64,000 nt of DNA from the human T2T-CHM13v2.0 reference genome, Homo sapiens, in the NCBI RefSeq assembly GCF_009914755.1, contig NC_060931.1; one strand, 5' to 3'. A program made the position numbers and the translations under genes. The notes under the pieces were generated by a model. It worked only from the letters and a program-made list of their open reading frames with translations. It was not told the DNA's origin and made no database searches. Below, in pieces: positions 41,394 through 56,100 of this stretch (within the stretch, counting starts at the first letter, position 1; every line of letters begins with the position of its first letter).

Positions 41394-41550
41394 GTTTTAT
41401 TATTATACTTTAAGTTCTAGCGTACATGTGCACAATGTGCAGGTTTGTTACATCTGCATACATGTACCATGTTGGTGTGCTGCACCCATTAACTCGTCAT
41501 TTACGTTAGGTATATCTCCTAATGCTATCCCTCCCCCCTGCCCCCAACCC
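41394..41550 (-). mobile_element. 5'-truncated L1PA 3' end
   Basis: TATTATACTTTAAGTTCTAG..TGCTATCCCTCCCCCC; TSD AAAAATATT at 41385-41393 and 41551-41559. Confidence 0.9.
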
Positions 41551-43233
41551 AAAAATATTTTTTGTATCTAAAGTTGAAGAAGAAAATGAAAAAGTACAAA
41601 AATTGATTTGGAAGCTGGCATGTTCTTTCTCAGGATTTTAGGTAACCGGCAATCTTTCACTCTCATACAACACTCTAGAGTTTAAAAAATATTTTTCTAC
41701 CTATCTTTTCTCTGATCTTTACATCCTGTGAGGCTCTGCAAAATAGGGGCTTGTGTCCCATTTTGCAATTTAAAAAGCCGAGGCTCAGACAAATGTCACA
41801 CAGAAAGTTTGGGACAGAACTGGGACTAGAACCCATGACTTGCAAAGTAGTGCTCTTCTCATCCCTAAAGCAGTCATAGGGCTAGGAATACATTAAGACA
41901 ACAAAAGATAGAGCACTGCTTAATACATTCAACCAAGGTGAGACCTGACGCACCCCAAAATGCTAAGCAGCTCCAGGGCCCTGTGGCAGAGATTTCAAAG
42001 TGGAGGGTGATGCTTACATCTGCATATCTGAGCTCCAATACAAACGCTGCCACTCAGCTATAGAACCACACTTTCTGAGCCTCAGCCTTCTCTCCTATAA
42101 AATGGCACTACAAAAGGCACCAAAAAGCTCAAGATGAGGGCAAAACAGCATCCTGAATGCAGGAGTGCCTGGAGAGAGTAAAGTACTCATTGACTTTTGA
42201 TTTAAGCACATGGATAATATACTGTGTTTCATTGTGTCTTCTCCATGGTGTCTGGTTAATGACTGTAGATCCTGGGGTCCTCTGGTCAATCCTAATGCTA
42301 TGCGATAGAGGCATGAATGGATATAGATGGGTGGATGGACAGGTATGTGGATGCATGGACATGTGCTCAGAAGAGCAGAAAGAAGAAAACAGGGAGTCAA
42401 AATGAGAATGAAAAGATGATTGAAGGATCAGGATTGATGGAATACGGCACAGTCTCCAGTCCTCTTGCCCTCACCAAGCCCTACCACCACCTGCCTTGGG
42501 TAACAGTGGCATATGCTGTATATGACATCCCTGGTCACCATGACGCTGCTGCAGAAGGTGCTGTAGATCTGAGGCTAATCATAGCTCATTAGGAATGTGC
42601 CAAGGGCCAGCAGAAAAATAACCCAACACAATGAAGCTGATGTGGACTGTCTTCTCATCTGCCATGGCTGCCTGGCCAGGCCCTAGACTATCCACCCCTG
42701 GCAGAGGGAATGCATGTCCATCCAGCAAAAATACCCAGACAGGGTCACAGGGAAAGATGAAGCTCTAAGTTTGCTGCAAATTGAGGCTTAAAGGTAAAGG
42801 AAGAGCAAGAACACTTTAGGTCTGGACCCAGTCCCTAGATGCACAAGTTCATCATGGTTGGAGGCAGAATGGTTAAGTGAACAAGTGCACCCACCCACCC
42901 ACCCACCTTCACTCCTCACCCTCTTGTTTTCCCATTGGGTCAAGCAGGACTAGAATGCATGTATGAATCTGAGTGAGGGAGCATGCAGGGGAAGGAGAAG
43001 GGAAGGCTTTGAAATCACACTACAGTGAAGCAGAACTAGGTAAATGTACTGCCCTACACCTTCCAACCCTGCAAAGAAGCATAAAATTCTGCAGCTGGAA
43101 GAGGTTAGCATGAAGCTGACAGATTCCAGGATCCCACAGTCTGGCATTTCAAAGTCCAGAATTTTAAACTCTTCAAGGATATGCGACCATCCAGGGTTCA
43201 GACATAATAGATGATATTATTACTAGATGGTGA

Positions 43234-43552
<319 letters not shown>

Positions 43553-44117
43553 CCATGGCAATGTTCTAAACATGTTGCATCTATTAACTTATTTAAGAGA
43601 CCCCCCTGAGGCAGGTGCTACTGTCCTTACTTTATAGAGGAAACTGAGCACAGAGAAGTAACTTGCCTACAGTCACAGAAATGGAAATAGCAGAGAAGCT
43701 GAGATGTGAACACAGAGTCTGTGTATCTAGCCACAGTGCAAACCTGCTTAACTGCAGCATGAGGTTATGAGTCCAGGCTCTGATGATGAGGCAGGTTACC
43801 TGGGTTTGGATCTTGGCTCTTCTACTGTGGGGCAACATGGTCTTGATCAAGTTCTCTTCCTTTGTTTCAGTTTCCTCCTCTGTAAGATGGACATAATAAT
43901 AGTATCTCCTAGGATTGGAGCTGTCTTCAGGCTTAGACTTTCTGGGTTTCTCTGTTTTCTTCACACTCTGTGCACCATCCAGACCTACTTTAATGAGCTT
44001 CTACCCATCCCCCTCCAGGGCTCTGGTGAACTAATATTTTCAGGGTATAAATGACTGATAACAACTTCCTCAATTTCTGTGGGGGCCTAATCCAGGAAGA
44101 TGCCATCATCAGATGCC

Positions 44118-47100
44118 TGAGCCTGCCTCCCGAATGGGCATGCGCCAGTCTCAGGGCACCAGTGAGCCACGGCTCGCATCACAGTGAACACCACCTTTGC
44201 CTGGCGACTAGTCCCTGTGGCTTGGCAGAAAAGGAGTCCTCTGTGGAGGTGCGTCAGCGATGGACTCTAGTCTGTCTTCTCTGTGGGATCCACGGGATAG
44301 TCCCATGACCCTAGGAGAGGGCAGCGGCGAACCAGCCTGAAGAAACCTCAAGCGGAGCCCCAGGGATACACCGCAAAATCCCTAAGGATGGGGTCCCGCA
44401 CCTTCACCTGCAAAAAAAGGTGCAGACTGATGACACAGAAGGTGCTTCCAACTCCATCCTTACATTCGCTTCATTACACAATCTGTCCACACCATGGCCC
44501 GGTGCCCAGGTGGGAGGACTCCAAAGTGCGGGGAACAGTTGGAAACAGTCGGAGTGCAAACTGCAGCCTTTCCGGCCAGCTCCTGATTTGGGGTTTCATT
44601 CCCAGAGCCCCTTGAATCCACCTCCAATTCAGTTCCCAGCCGAGTAGGTGCTTCACGTCGTGAGGCGGGCACTCTTCCATCTTCTGGGGATTTCATTCTG
44701 GGACGGAGAGTGTGAGCAGCAGTAAGGTCAGATGGGGGTGAGGATACAGTCTGGTGAAATGTGGTTTGGGTCCCGCATCTTCACCTGCAAAAATGGTGCA
44801 GAGAGATGACACAAGAGGTGCTTCCAACTCCACCCCCGCATTCCCTTCATTGCACAAGCTGTCCACGCCATGACCCGGCGCCCAGGTGGGAGGACTCCAA
44901 CGTGCGGGGAACAGTTGGAGCTCAAACCCCGGCCATTCTGGCCAACTCACGATTTGGGCTTTCATTCCCGGGGCCACATGAAAGTGGGATAGATTGATGC
45001 TGGGTGAGATGTGGCCTCCACACTGACATCCTCTTATCCTGACTTCCATGTTCCTCATGGGCCTAGGGTTTCCTGGGTCTGGCTCAAAGTCGTCCACAGT
45101 AAACGTTTCCCAGTTCACGGAGGACGACCCTCATGGGGATCCATTGCATGAGTGTTTCCTTCTAAACACTGTCATGTTTTAATGACTGGGCAGCTGTGAT
45201 ATTTTGGAGCCATAAATTCCCGTTATATCCACCAACAAGGAAACTGTTGTTCTCCCACTTCTATTGGAGGGCTGCATGACTCCTGTAGGATGAGAAGTAG
45301 GCAGCCATGTCTGGCTTTTGACTGGTAATCTAGGCCCTGTTTCATTTCATCTGCACGTCCTTTCTAATTGTGAAGAAGGTCTCTCATTGGGCTGTTGCTG
45401 GGTGGGACAGCCTCTGTATACGGTATTTGGCTGCCACGGATTTCAGGAAGCAACAGGGACTTGGAGTAGGCTGGCTGCACTCTAGGTTGTGAATAGTGGC
45501 CTCCTTGTGGGCGCTGGGATTGTTTGCACTTTGAGGAGGCTCTCGGGTTTTCTGGCAGGAATCCTTGAACGGGAGGCTTGGGCTCCAGCACAAGCCCTCT
45601 TGTCCTCCCAGGCTAGCCTTGATTTTCCTTAGCTTTCATGGGGGGGGGGTCCACAATGCCCCTCAACAGCACTCCTGGACACCCTTTTCAGGATTGCAAT
45701 CGCCCCATATGGCCTCTGAGACACTCTCTCAACCTCATCTGCCCCCATGGGATGCCAGTTACAGGTGTGAGACCTCTGCTCCACTTTGGACTTGCCTTTG
45801 TCGTGGTTCCTGCCTTTTCCAGATAGCAGTGCTGAGAAGCAGAAGCCCCTTGGAGGCCCAGGATGAAGGGAGTCAGTGAGCTCAAGGGCCTGGCATTCTT
45901 CTGCTGACACCCTCCTCTGGGATCTCAGGTATGATTCCATCACCCGGATACCCCTCAACATCTCACCAGACTGTATACCCATCCTTCTGGGACCTGATTC
46001 CTGCACACAGCCTCTTTGGGGAAAGGAGTCAGAAGAACAGTTTCCAGCGCCCAACTTACAGTCTCGAAACGCCTCCTCCTCCAGCGGGATGAACCACGGA
46101 GACGCCCCAAAGAGGCTGTACTGTCGAGACTTCTAGGGTCCCACAGTGGGTTGTCGCAGGCAGCCTTTTTCTTTAGATCAGACCGGCTATGCCCGTACTA
46201 TTTTCCCCTGCTTAGGCAGGCTGACATCCCTGACAGCTGGGCGCCCGAGCCGGCCTCGCGAATGCACATACGCCAGTTGCGGGGCACCAGGCACGAGTGG
46301 TGAGCTGCGGCTGTCGTCACAGTGAACGCCACCGTTGCCTGGCCACGGGTCCCTGCGGCTTGGCAAACCAGTAGACTTCTGTGGACGTGCATCGCCGCTG
46401 GACTCTCACCCGTCTTCTCTGAGAGATCCACGGGATAGTCCCCTGATCCTAGAATTGGGCAGGGCCGACCCAGGGTGAAGAAACCTCAAGCGGACTCCCA
46501 GGGCTGCAGATCGAAATCCCTAAGGATCCCAGGGGACCCGCAGGATGTGTCAGGCATGCCTAGGCGGTGTGGGGGTGAGTCTATTTGATAGTTGCCCCCC
46601 GGTGATTTCTAGGTAAACCCTGCCTGTGTTTCCCGGGGCTGCTCTCTCCCCGGAGGGACTTCCTGGTGGAGCAGAACCGGGTTGCCTCAGAATGTGCTGG
46701 GTTGTGTATTTCTGTGGGAGTGTTGCAAGTGTTTGATGTCTGTGTGTGTATGTCTGTGTGTGTGTTTCTGTGTGTGCCTGGAAGTGGGGTTGGTTAAAGG
46801 ATCTGGCTTGCGCACTGGAGCGCTTGTTCTTTCGAGTCGGTCAATCTTCTTGTGCGCCTCTCTGTGTGCCTCCGCTTTGGCTGTGGGGCTTCGTGTTTCT
46901 TCTTTTCCCCGTGGTTCCTGAAACCGTGGTGAAGTGGGGAGCTGACTGAGACCCGCAGGGGTACAAATCACTTTTCCCTGCAAAGGAGCCACTCTTCTAG
47001 AAATAAGAGAAGCATACCACACCTGAGAAAAGACACTTCCCAGGTACTCATTGTCCTGAGGCCAACCCTGGGCCAGACCATAGGAGTCCTGTTTGCAGGG

Positions 47101-50100
47101 CTCCTTGAATCCAATCGAATTCGGTTCCCAGTAGAGAAAGAGCTTCAGGTCTTAAGGCGGGCGCTCCTCCATCGTCTTGATATTTCATTTCGGGTGGGAG
47201 AGTGTGAGCCTCAATAATACGGGTGAGGATATAGTCTGGTGAGGTATGGATGGGGTCCTGAACCTTCACCTTCAGAAGAGAAGCAGACAGATGGCATAGG
47301 AGCTGTTTCCAACTCCATCTCCACATTCTCTTCATTGCACAACCTGTCCACAACATAGCCCGGTTCGGAATAAGGAGGACCCCAAAGTGCCAGGAACCGT
47401 TGGAGCCCAAACTGTGGCCTTTCTGGCCAGCTCCTCCCTTGGACCTTCACTCCCGGAGCCACATAGCAGTAGGGTGAACGACTGATGCTACCTGGGCTTT
47501 TGATTCCACTCTGGCCTTCTCTTTTCCTGACTTCCATGCTCCTCATGGGCCTACAGTTTCCTGGGTCTGGCTCAAAGTCTTCCACAGTAAATATTTCCCA
47601 CTTCACAGAGGACGACCCTTATGGGGATGCATTGCATGAATATTTCCTTCTAAACACTGTCAGGTTTTAAGGACTGAGCAGCTGTGATAGTTTTGGAACC
47701 GTGGATTCCCGTTATATCTGCCAACAAGGAAACTTCTGCTCTCCCTATTCCATTGGAGGGCTGCATGATTCCTATAGGATGAGAAGTAGCCAGCCATGTC
47801 TGGCATTTACTTAGTAATGGAGGCTCTGTTTTATTTCATCTGCATGTCCTTTTACATTGTGGACAGGGTCTTTCAATGGGCTGTTGCTGGGTGGGCCTTC
47901 CTCTTCTCAGGGATCTTCTTGGCAGCCATGGTTTTCAGGGATCAAAAGGGACTGCAGTTCCGCTGGCTGCAGGCCAGGTTGTGGGTAGTGATCTAGTTGT
48001 GGGGGCTGGGTTGGTTTGCACTTTGCAGGAGGCTCTTGGTTCCACAGGCAGCAATCTCTCAACGTGGGTTGGACTCCAGCATGGGCCCTCCGGTGCTCCC
48101 AGGTGAGCCTTGATTTTCATTTGCTTTCATGGACGGTCCACAGTGCCCCTCATCAGCACTCCTGGATACACTTATCAGGCTTGCAATCGCCCCCAGACGG
48201 CTTCTGAGACACTCTCTCAACCTCATTTACCCCCGTGGGGTGCCAGTTCCAGGCCTGAGACCTCTGCTCCACCTTGGACTTGCCTTGGATGTGGTTCCTG
48301 CCCTTTCCAGACAGCCGTGCAGAGAGGCAGGGGTCCCTGGGAGGCCCAGGATGAAGGGAGGCAGTGAGCTTAAGGGCCTGGCAATTTTCTGCTGACACCC
48401 TCCTCTGGCGTTTTAGCTAAAATTTCATCTTTCAGAGACCTCTCAACCACTCACCAGACTGCATCCCCAGCCCCATGGGACCCAACTCCTGCACACAGCC
48501 TCTTTCGGGAATTGAATCAGAAGAGCAGTTTCCAGCGCCCACCTCACAGTCTCAAAGCGCCTCCTACTCCAGCAGGGTCGACCACCGAGACGCCCCAAAG
48601 AGGCTGTACGGTCAAGACTTTAAGGGTCCCTCGGTGTTTGTCATAGGCAGCCTTTTCCCCGAGACCAGGCCGGCTCTGCTTGTACCATTTTCCTCTGCTT
48701 AGGCAGGCTGACAGCCCTGACAGCCAGGTGCCCCAGCCTACCTCGCGAATGCCCATGCTCCAGTCGCAGGACACCTGGCGGAAGCGGGGAGCCCTGGCTC
48801 GCATCACAGTGAAGGCCACCTTTGCCTGGTGACGAGTCCCTGCGGCTTGGCGGAGCAGGAGACCTCTGTGAACATGCGTCGGTGTTGGACTCACACCTGT
48901 CTTCACTGGGGAATCCACCGGATAGTCCCGCGTTCCTAGAAGTGGTCAGTGCCGACCCAGCCTGAAGAAACGTCAAGCGGAGCCCCGGGGATGCAGCACG
49001 AAATCACTAAGGATTTCAAAGGATGCACAGGTTGCTTCAGGCCTGCCTAGACGGTGTGGGGGTGAGTCTCTTTGAAAGTTTCCCTTCTGTGATTTCTAGG
49101 TACAGCCTGCCTGTGTTCCCCGGGGCTGCTCTCTCCCGGGAGGGTCTTTTTGGTGGAACAGAACCGCGCAGCCTCAGCAGCTGCTGGACTGTGTGTTTCT
49201 TTGGGACTGTTGCGAGTGTTGGATGTCTGCGTGTGAGTGTGTGTGTGTGTTTCTGAGTGTGCGTGTAATTGGGGTCTGGTGAAAGGATGCTTCTCACCCA
49301 CTGGTGCGCTTGTTTGAGTGGGCTGACCTTCTGGTACGCCTCTCTTTGTGGCTCCGCTTGGGTGGCGGGGCTGCGTGTTTTTCGTTTTCCTCGTGGTTCC
49401 TGAAACCACGGTGAAGTGGGGGGCTGGCTGACACCCACAGGAGTTCAAATCAAATTTTCCTCAAAGGAACTTCTCTTCTAGAAATCAGAGGAGCAAACCA
49501 CTCACAAGAACAGACACCTCCCAGGACATCCTTTTCCTGAGGCCAACACTAGGCCAAATCAAAGGAGTCCTGTCCGCAGGGCCCCTTGAATCCACTTTGA
49601 ATTCTGTTCCCAGCAGAGAAGGAGCTTCAAGGTGGTGAGGCACGCACTCCTCCATCGTCTTGGGATTTCATTCTGGGTCGGAGAGTGTGAGCAGCAATAA
49701 GGACGGACACAGGTGAGGATACAATCTGGTGTATCTGACTGGATGAGATCCCGAACTTTCACCTTCAGGAGAAATGCAGACAGATGTTATAGAAGGTGCT
49801 TCCAGCTCCATCCCCGCATTCCCTTCATTGTAGAAGCTGTCCACATCATCTCCTGCTTCAGAAAAAGGAGGACTCCAACGTGCAGTGAACTGTTGGAGCA
49901 CAAACTGTGGCCTTTCTGGCCGGCTCCCCCCTTGGACTTTCATTCCTGGAGCCACATGGCAGTGGGATGGATGATTGATGTTGCCTGGGCATTGGCTTCA
50001 CCTCTGGCCTTCTCTTTTCCTGACTTCATGCTCCTCATGGGCCGAGGGTTTCCTAGGTCTTGCTCAAGGTCTTCCACAGTAAATGTTTCCCAGTTCACAG

Positions 50101-53100
50101 AGGACAACCCTCATGGGGGTCCATTGCATGAGTGTTTTCTTCCAAACACTGTCACATTTTAATGACTGGGCAGCTGTGATACTTTTGGAAACATGGATTC
50201 CCGTTATTTCCTCTAACAAGGAAACTTGTTCTCTCTATTCCATTGGAGTTCTGCATGATTCCTATAGGATGAGAAGTAGCCAGCCATTTCTGGATTTTGC
50301 CTGGTAATCTAGGCTGTGTTTCATTTCACCTGCACGTCCTTTTTCATTGAGAAAAGGGTCTTTCATTGGGCCGTGGCTGAGTGGGACTTCCTGTCGCCAC
50401 GGATCTTCTTGGCTGCCAGGATTTCAGTGATCAAAAAAGACTGCTTTTCGGCTGGCTGCAGGCCAGGTTGTGGGTAGTGATCTCATTGTGGGGGCTGAGG
50501 TGGTTTGCACTTGGCAGGAGGCTCTTTGGTCCGCTGGCAGCAATCCTTCAACGTGGCTTGGATTCCAGCACAGGACGATTGTGCTCCCAGGTGAGACTTG
50601 ATTTTTCTTTGCTTTCATGGGGGATCCACAGCGCCCCTCAACAGCACTCCAGGACACCCTTTTCAGGCTTGCAGTAATCCCCAGACGGCCTCTAAACCTC
50701 ATCTGCCCCCATGGTTTTCCAGTTTCAGGTGTGAGACCTCTGCTCCACCTTGGACTTGCCTTTGACATGGTTCCTGCCTTTCTCAGAGAGCCATGCTGAG
50801 AAGCAGGAGCCACTGAGAGGCCCAGGATGTAGGGAGACAGTGACCTCAAGGGCCTGGCAGTTTCCCACTGACACCCCCCTCAGGCATTTTACCTAGGACT
50901 ACATCACCCAGAGACCCCTCAATAACTAACCAGACTGTATCCCCAGCCCCACGGGACCCGATTCCAGCACAATGCCTCTTTCAGGAATGGAATCAGAAGA
51001 GCAGTTTCCAGCGCCCACCTCACAGTCTGGAAGTGCCTCTTCCTCCAGTGGGACCGACCATGGAGACAGCCCGAGGAGGCCCTATGGTCAAGACTTTTAG
51101 TGTCCCTCAGTGGTTGTTGCAGGCAGCCTTTTTCCCGAGACCAGGCTGGCTCTGCCTGCACCATTTTCCTCTGCTTAGGCAGGTTGACAGCCCTGACAGC
51201 CAGGTGCCCCAGCCTGCCTCGCGAATGCGCATGAGCCTGTCGCGGGGCACCAGACGAGAGCGGTGAGACGTCTCCCGCGTCACAGTGAACGCCATGGTTG
51301 CCTGGCGACGGGTACCTGAGGCTTGGCGGAACAGGAGACCTCTGTGGAGGTGAGTCACCATTGGACTGTAGCCTGTCTTCTCTGAGGGATCCATGGGATA
51401 GACCCGCGATCCTAGATGTGGGCATGGCCGATCCAGCCTGAAGAAACGTCAAGCGGAGCCCCAGGGATACAGCCCGAAATTCCTGAGGATCCCAAAGGAT
51501 CCGCAGGATGCTTCAGGCCTGCCTAGACGGTGTGGGGGTGAGTCTCCTTGAAATTTGCCCCACTGTGATTTCTAGGTACAGCCTGCCTGTGTTCCCCAGG
51601 GCTGCTGTCTCCCCGGAGGGGCTTTCTGGCAGAGCAGAACCGTGCGGCCTCAGAAGTTGCTGAACTGTGTGTTTCTGTGGGAGTGTTGCGAGTGTTAGAT
51701 GTCTGCGTGTGTGTTTCTGTGTGTGCGTGTAAGTGGCACCTGCTGAAAGGATGTAGCTCACGCACTGGAACGCTTGTTCTTTCGAGTCGGTCGACCTTTT
51801 GTGCGCCTCTGTGTGGCGCCGCTTGGGCTGTGAGGCTGCCTGTTTTTTGTTTTCTCCGCGGTTCCTAAAACCGCGGTGAAGAGCGGGGCTGGGTGAGTGA
51901 GATACGCAGGAATCCAAATCACCTTTCCCTGCAACGGAGCCACTCTTCTAGAAAATAAGAGGAGCACACCACACTCAAGAACAGACACCTCCCAGGGCCT
52001 CATTTATCTGAGGCCAAACCTGGGCCAAAGCATAGGAGTCCTGTCCGCAGGGCCCCTTGAGTCCACTTCGAATTCGATTACCAAAAGAGAAGGAGCTTCA
52101 GGTCATGAGGCCGGCACTCCACCATTGTCTTGGGATTTCATTCCGGGTCAGAGAGTGTGAGCAGCAATAAAGTCGGATATGGCTGAGGATAAAATCTGGT
52201 GAGGCAGGGCTGACCTGATGAGGTGTGGATAGGGTCCGGAAACTTCCCCTTCAGGAGAGGTGCAGACAGATGTCACAGAAGGTGCTTCCAACTCCATCCT
52301 CGCGTTCCCTTCATTGCACAAGCTTTGCACACCATAGCCCGCTTCAGAGGAAGGAGGAAGCCAACATTCGGGAAACCATTGCAGCACAAACTGTGGCCTT
52401 TCTGGCCCACTCTCCCTTTGGACTTACATTCCTGGAGCCACATGGCAGTGGGATGGATGATTGATGCTGCGTGGGCTTTAGCTTCCACTCTGGCCTTAAT
52501 CTTTTCCTGACTTCCATGCTTCTCGTGGGCCTGGGGTTTCCATGATCTGGCTCAAAGTCTTCCACAGTAAACGTTTCCCAGTTCACGGAGGATGACCGTC
52601 ATGGATATCCATTGCATGAATGTTTCCTTCTAAACACTGTCACGTTTTAAGGACTGCGCAGCTGTGATACTTTTGGAACCATGGATTCCCGTTATTTCCA
52701 CCACCAACAACAAAAAACGCTTGTTCTCCCTATTCCATCGGAGGGCTGCACGATTCCTATAGGATGAGAAGTAGCCAGCCATGTCTGGCTTTTGCCCGGT
52801 AATCGAGGTTGTGTTTCATTTCATCTGAACATCCTTTGTCATTGTGGAGAGGGTCTTTCATTTCACTGGGTGGTGCTTCCTCTTGCCACGGATCTTCCTG
52901 GCTTCCAGAGATTTCAGGGATGAAAAGGGACTGCAGTTTGGCTGGCTGCAGGCCCGGTTGTGGGTAGTGATTTAGTTGTGAGGACTGAGGTGGTTTGCAT
53001 TTTGCAGGAGGCTCTTCGATCCACTGGCAGGAATCCCTCAGTGTGGGTTGGACCCCAGCACGGGTTCTCTCGTACTCCCAGGCAAGCCTTGATTTTTCTT

Positions 53101-56100
53101 TGCTTTCATGAGGGTCCACAGTGCTTCTCAGCAGCACTCCTGGACACCTTTTCCAGGCTTGCAATCGCCCCCAGACAGCTTCTGAGACACTCTCTCAACC
53201 TCATCTGCCCCCGTGGGATGCCAGTTCCAGGCGTGAGACCTCTGCTCCACCTTGGACTTGCCTTTGACATGGTTCTGCCTTTCCCAGAGAGCCGTGCTGA
53301 GAAACAGGAGCCCCTAGGAGGCCCACGATGAAGGGAGGCAGTGAGCTCAAGGGTCCTGCAATCTTCCACTGACACCATCCTCTGTAGTTTTAACTAGGAT
53401 TCTATCTCCCAGAGACCCCTCAACAACTCACAAGACTGTATTCCCAGCCCCATGGGACCCAACTCCTGCACACAGCCTCTTTTGGCAACGGAATCAGAAG
53501 AGGAGTTTCCAGTACCCACCTCACAGTCTCTAATCGCCTCCTCCTCCAGCGGGACACGACCACGGAGATGGCCAGAAGAGGCCCTATGGTCGAGACTTTT
53601 AGGGTCCCTCAGTGTTTGTCGCATGCAGCCTTTATTCCGAGATCAGGCCGGCTCTGCCTGCTCCGTTTTCCTCTGCTTAGACAGGCTGACAGCCCTGACA
53701 ACCTGTCGCCCGAGTGCGCCTCGCGAATGCGCATGCGCCAGTAGCGGGGCTCCAGGCGCGAGCCCTGAGCTGCGTCTCGCCTCACAGTGAACGCCACTGT
53801 TGCCTGGCGACGGGTCCCTGCGTCATGGCGGAGAAGGGGACCTCTGTGGACGTGCATCGCCGTTGGACTCTCGCCTGTCTTCTCTGAAGGATCCATGGGA
53901 TAGTCCCGCGATCCTAGAAGTGTGCTGGGGCGACCCAGCCTGAAGAAACCTCAAGCGGAGCCCAAGGGATACAGCGCAAAATTCCTAAGGATCCGCAGGA
54001 TGCTTCAGGCCTGCCTAGACGGTGTGGGTGTAAGTCTCCTTGAAACTTGCCCCCCTGTGATTTCTAGGTACAGCCTGCTTGTGTTCTCCGGGGCTGTTCT
54101 CTCCCCGGAGGGGCTTTCTAGTAGAGCAGAACCTCCCAGCCTCAGAAGTTGCTGGGCTGTGTGTTTCTGTGGGAGTGTTGCGAGTGTTGGATGTCTGCGT
54201 GTGTGTGTGTGTGTCGGTGTGGGTGTGTGTGTGTTTCTGTGGGTGCGTTTAAGCGGCGTCTGCTGAAAGGATGTGGCTCACGTGGCTCACGCACTGGAAC
54301 GCTTGTTCTTTTGAGTCGGCTGACCTTTGGTGCGCCTCTCTGTGTGGTTCCGCTTGGGCTGCGGGGCGGCGTGTTTGTTTTTCCCGTGTTTCCTGAAACT
54401 GTGGTGAAGTGGGGGGACTGGCTGAGACACCAGGGGTTCAAATCACCTTTCCCTGCAATGGAGCCACTCTTCTAGAAATAAGAGGAGCACACTACACCCA
54501 AGAAGGAACACCTCCCAAGGCCCCATTGTCCTAAGGACAACCCTGGGCCAAAGCATAGGAGTCCTGTCCGCAGGGCCTATTGAATTCACTTCGAAATCCG
54601 TTGCCAGCAGAGCAGGAGCTTCAGGTAGGGAGGCGAGCACTCCTCCATCGTCTTGGTATTTCATTCTGGTCGGAGAGGTCCAATACGGGTGAGAATACAA
54701 TCTGGTGAGGTGTGGTTGGGATCCCGAACCTTCCCCTTCAGGAGAGGTGCAGACAAATGTCACAGAAGGTGCTTCCAACTCTAGTCCCGCATTCCCTTCA
54801 TTGCAGAAGCTTTGCACACCGTAGCCGGATTCCAAGCAAGGAGGAATCCAACATTTGGGGAACCACTGGAGCCCAAACTGTGGCCTCTCTGGCCGGCTCT
54901 TCCTTTGGACTTTCATTCCCGGAGCCACATGGCAGTGGGATGGATGACTGATGTTTCCTGAACTTTAACTTCCACTCTGGACTTCCCTTTTCCTGACTTC
55001 TATGCTTCTCCTGGGCCTAGGGTTTCCATGGTCTGGCTCAAAATCTTCCACAGTAAACATTTCCAGGTCACAGAGGATGGCCTTCATTGAAATCCATTGC
55101 ATGACTCATTCCTTCTGAGCACTGTCACGTTTTAATGACTGGGCAGCTGCGATACTGTTGGAACGGTGGATTCCAGTTATTTCCACCAACATGGAAACTC
55201 TTGTTTTCTCTATTCCATCAAAGGGCTACATGATTCCTATAGTATAAGAAGCAGGCAGCCATGTCTGCCTTTTGCCTGGTAATCTAGGCTGTGTTTCATT
55301 TCATCTGCACATCCTTCCTCATTGTGGAGAGGGTCTTTCATTGGGTTGTTGCTGGGTGGTACTTCCTCTCACCGTGGATGTAGTTGGCTGCCAGGGATTT
55401 CAGAGTCAAAAGAGACTGCAGTTCAGCTGGCTGCAGGCCAGATTGTGGGTAGTGATCTCGTTGTGGGGACTGGGGTGGTTTGCATTTTGCAGGAAGCTCC
55501 TGGGTGCACTAGCAGGAATCCCTCAAAGTGGGTTGGACTCTAACACGGGCCCTCTGGTTCTCCCAAGCAATACTTGATTTTCCTTTGCTTTTATGGAGGG
55601 TCCACAGTGCCCCTCAACAGCACTACTGGACATGTTTTTCAGGCTTGAAATCGCCCTTAGACAGCCTCTGAGACACTTTCTCAATCTCACCTGCCCCGGT
55701 GGGATGCCAACTCCAGGTGTCAGACCTCTGCTCCACCTTGGACTAGCCTTTGTCGTGGTTCCTGCCTTTCCCAGACGACCGTGCTGAGAAGCAGGAGCCC
55801 CTGTGAGGCCCAGGATGAAGGAAGACAGTGAGCTTAAGGACACAGGAATCTTCCGCTAGCACCATCATCCAGAATTTTAACTAAAATTCCATCTCAAAGA
55901 GACCCCTCAAAAACTCACAAGACTGTATCTCCAGCCCAATGGGACCCGATTCCTACACACAGCCTTTTTCGGGAATGGAATCAGAAACGCAGTTTCCATG
56001 GCCCAACTCACAGTCTCAAAGCCTGTCCTCCTCCAGCGGGACAGGGCCACGGAGACAAACTAAGGAAGCCCTACGGTGAGCAACGTTGGGGGCCCGCAGT

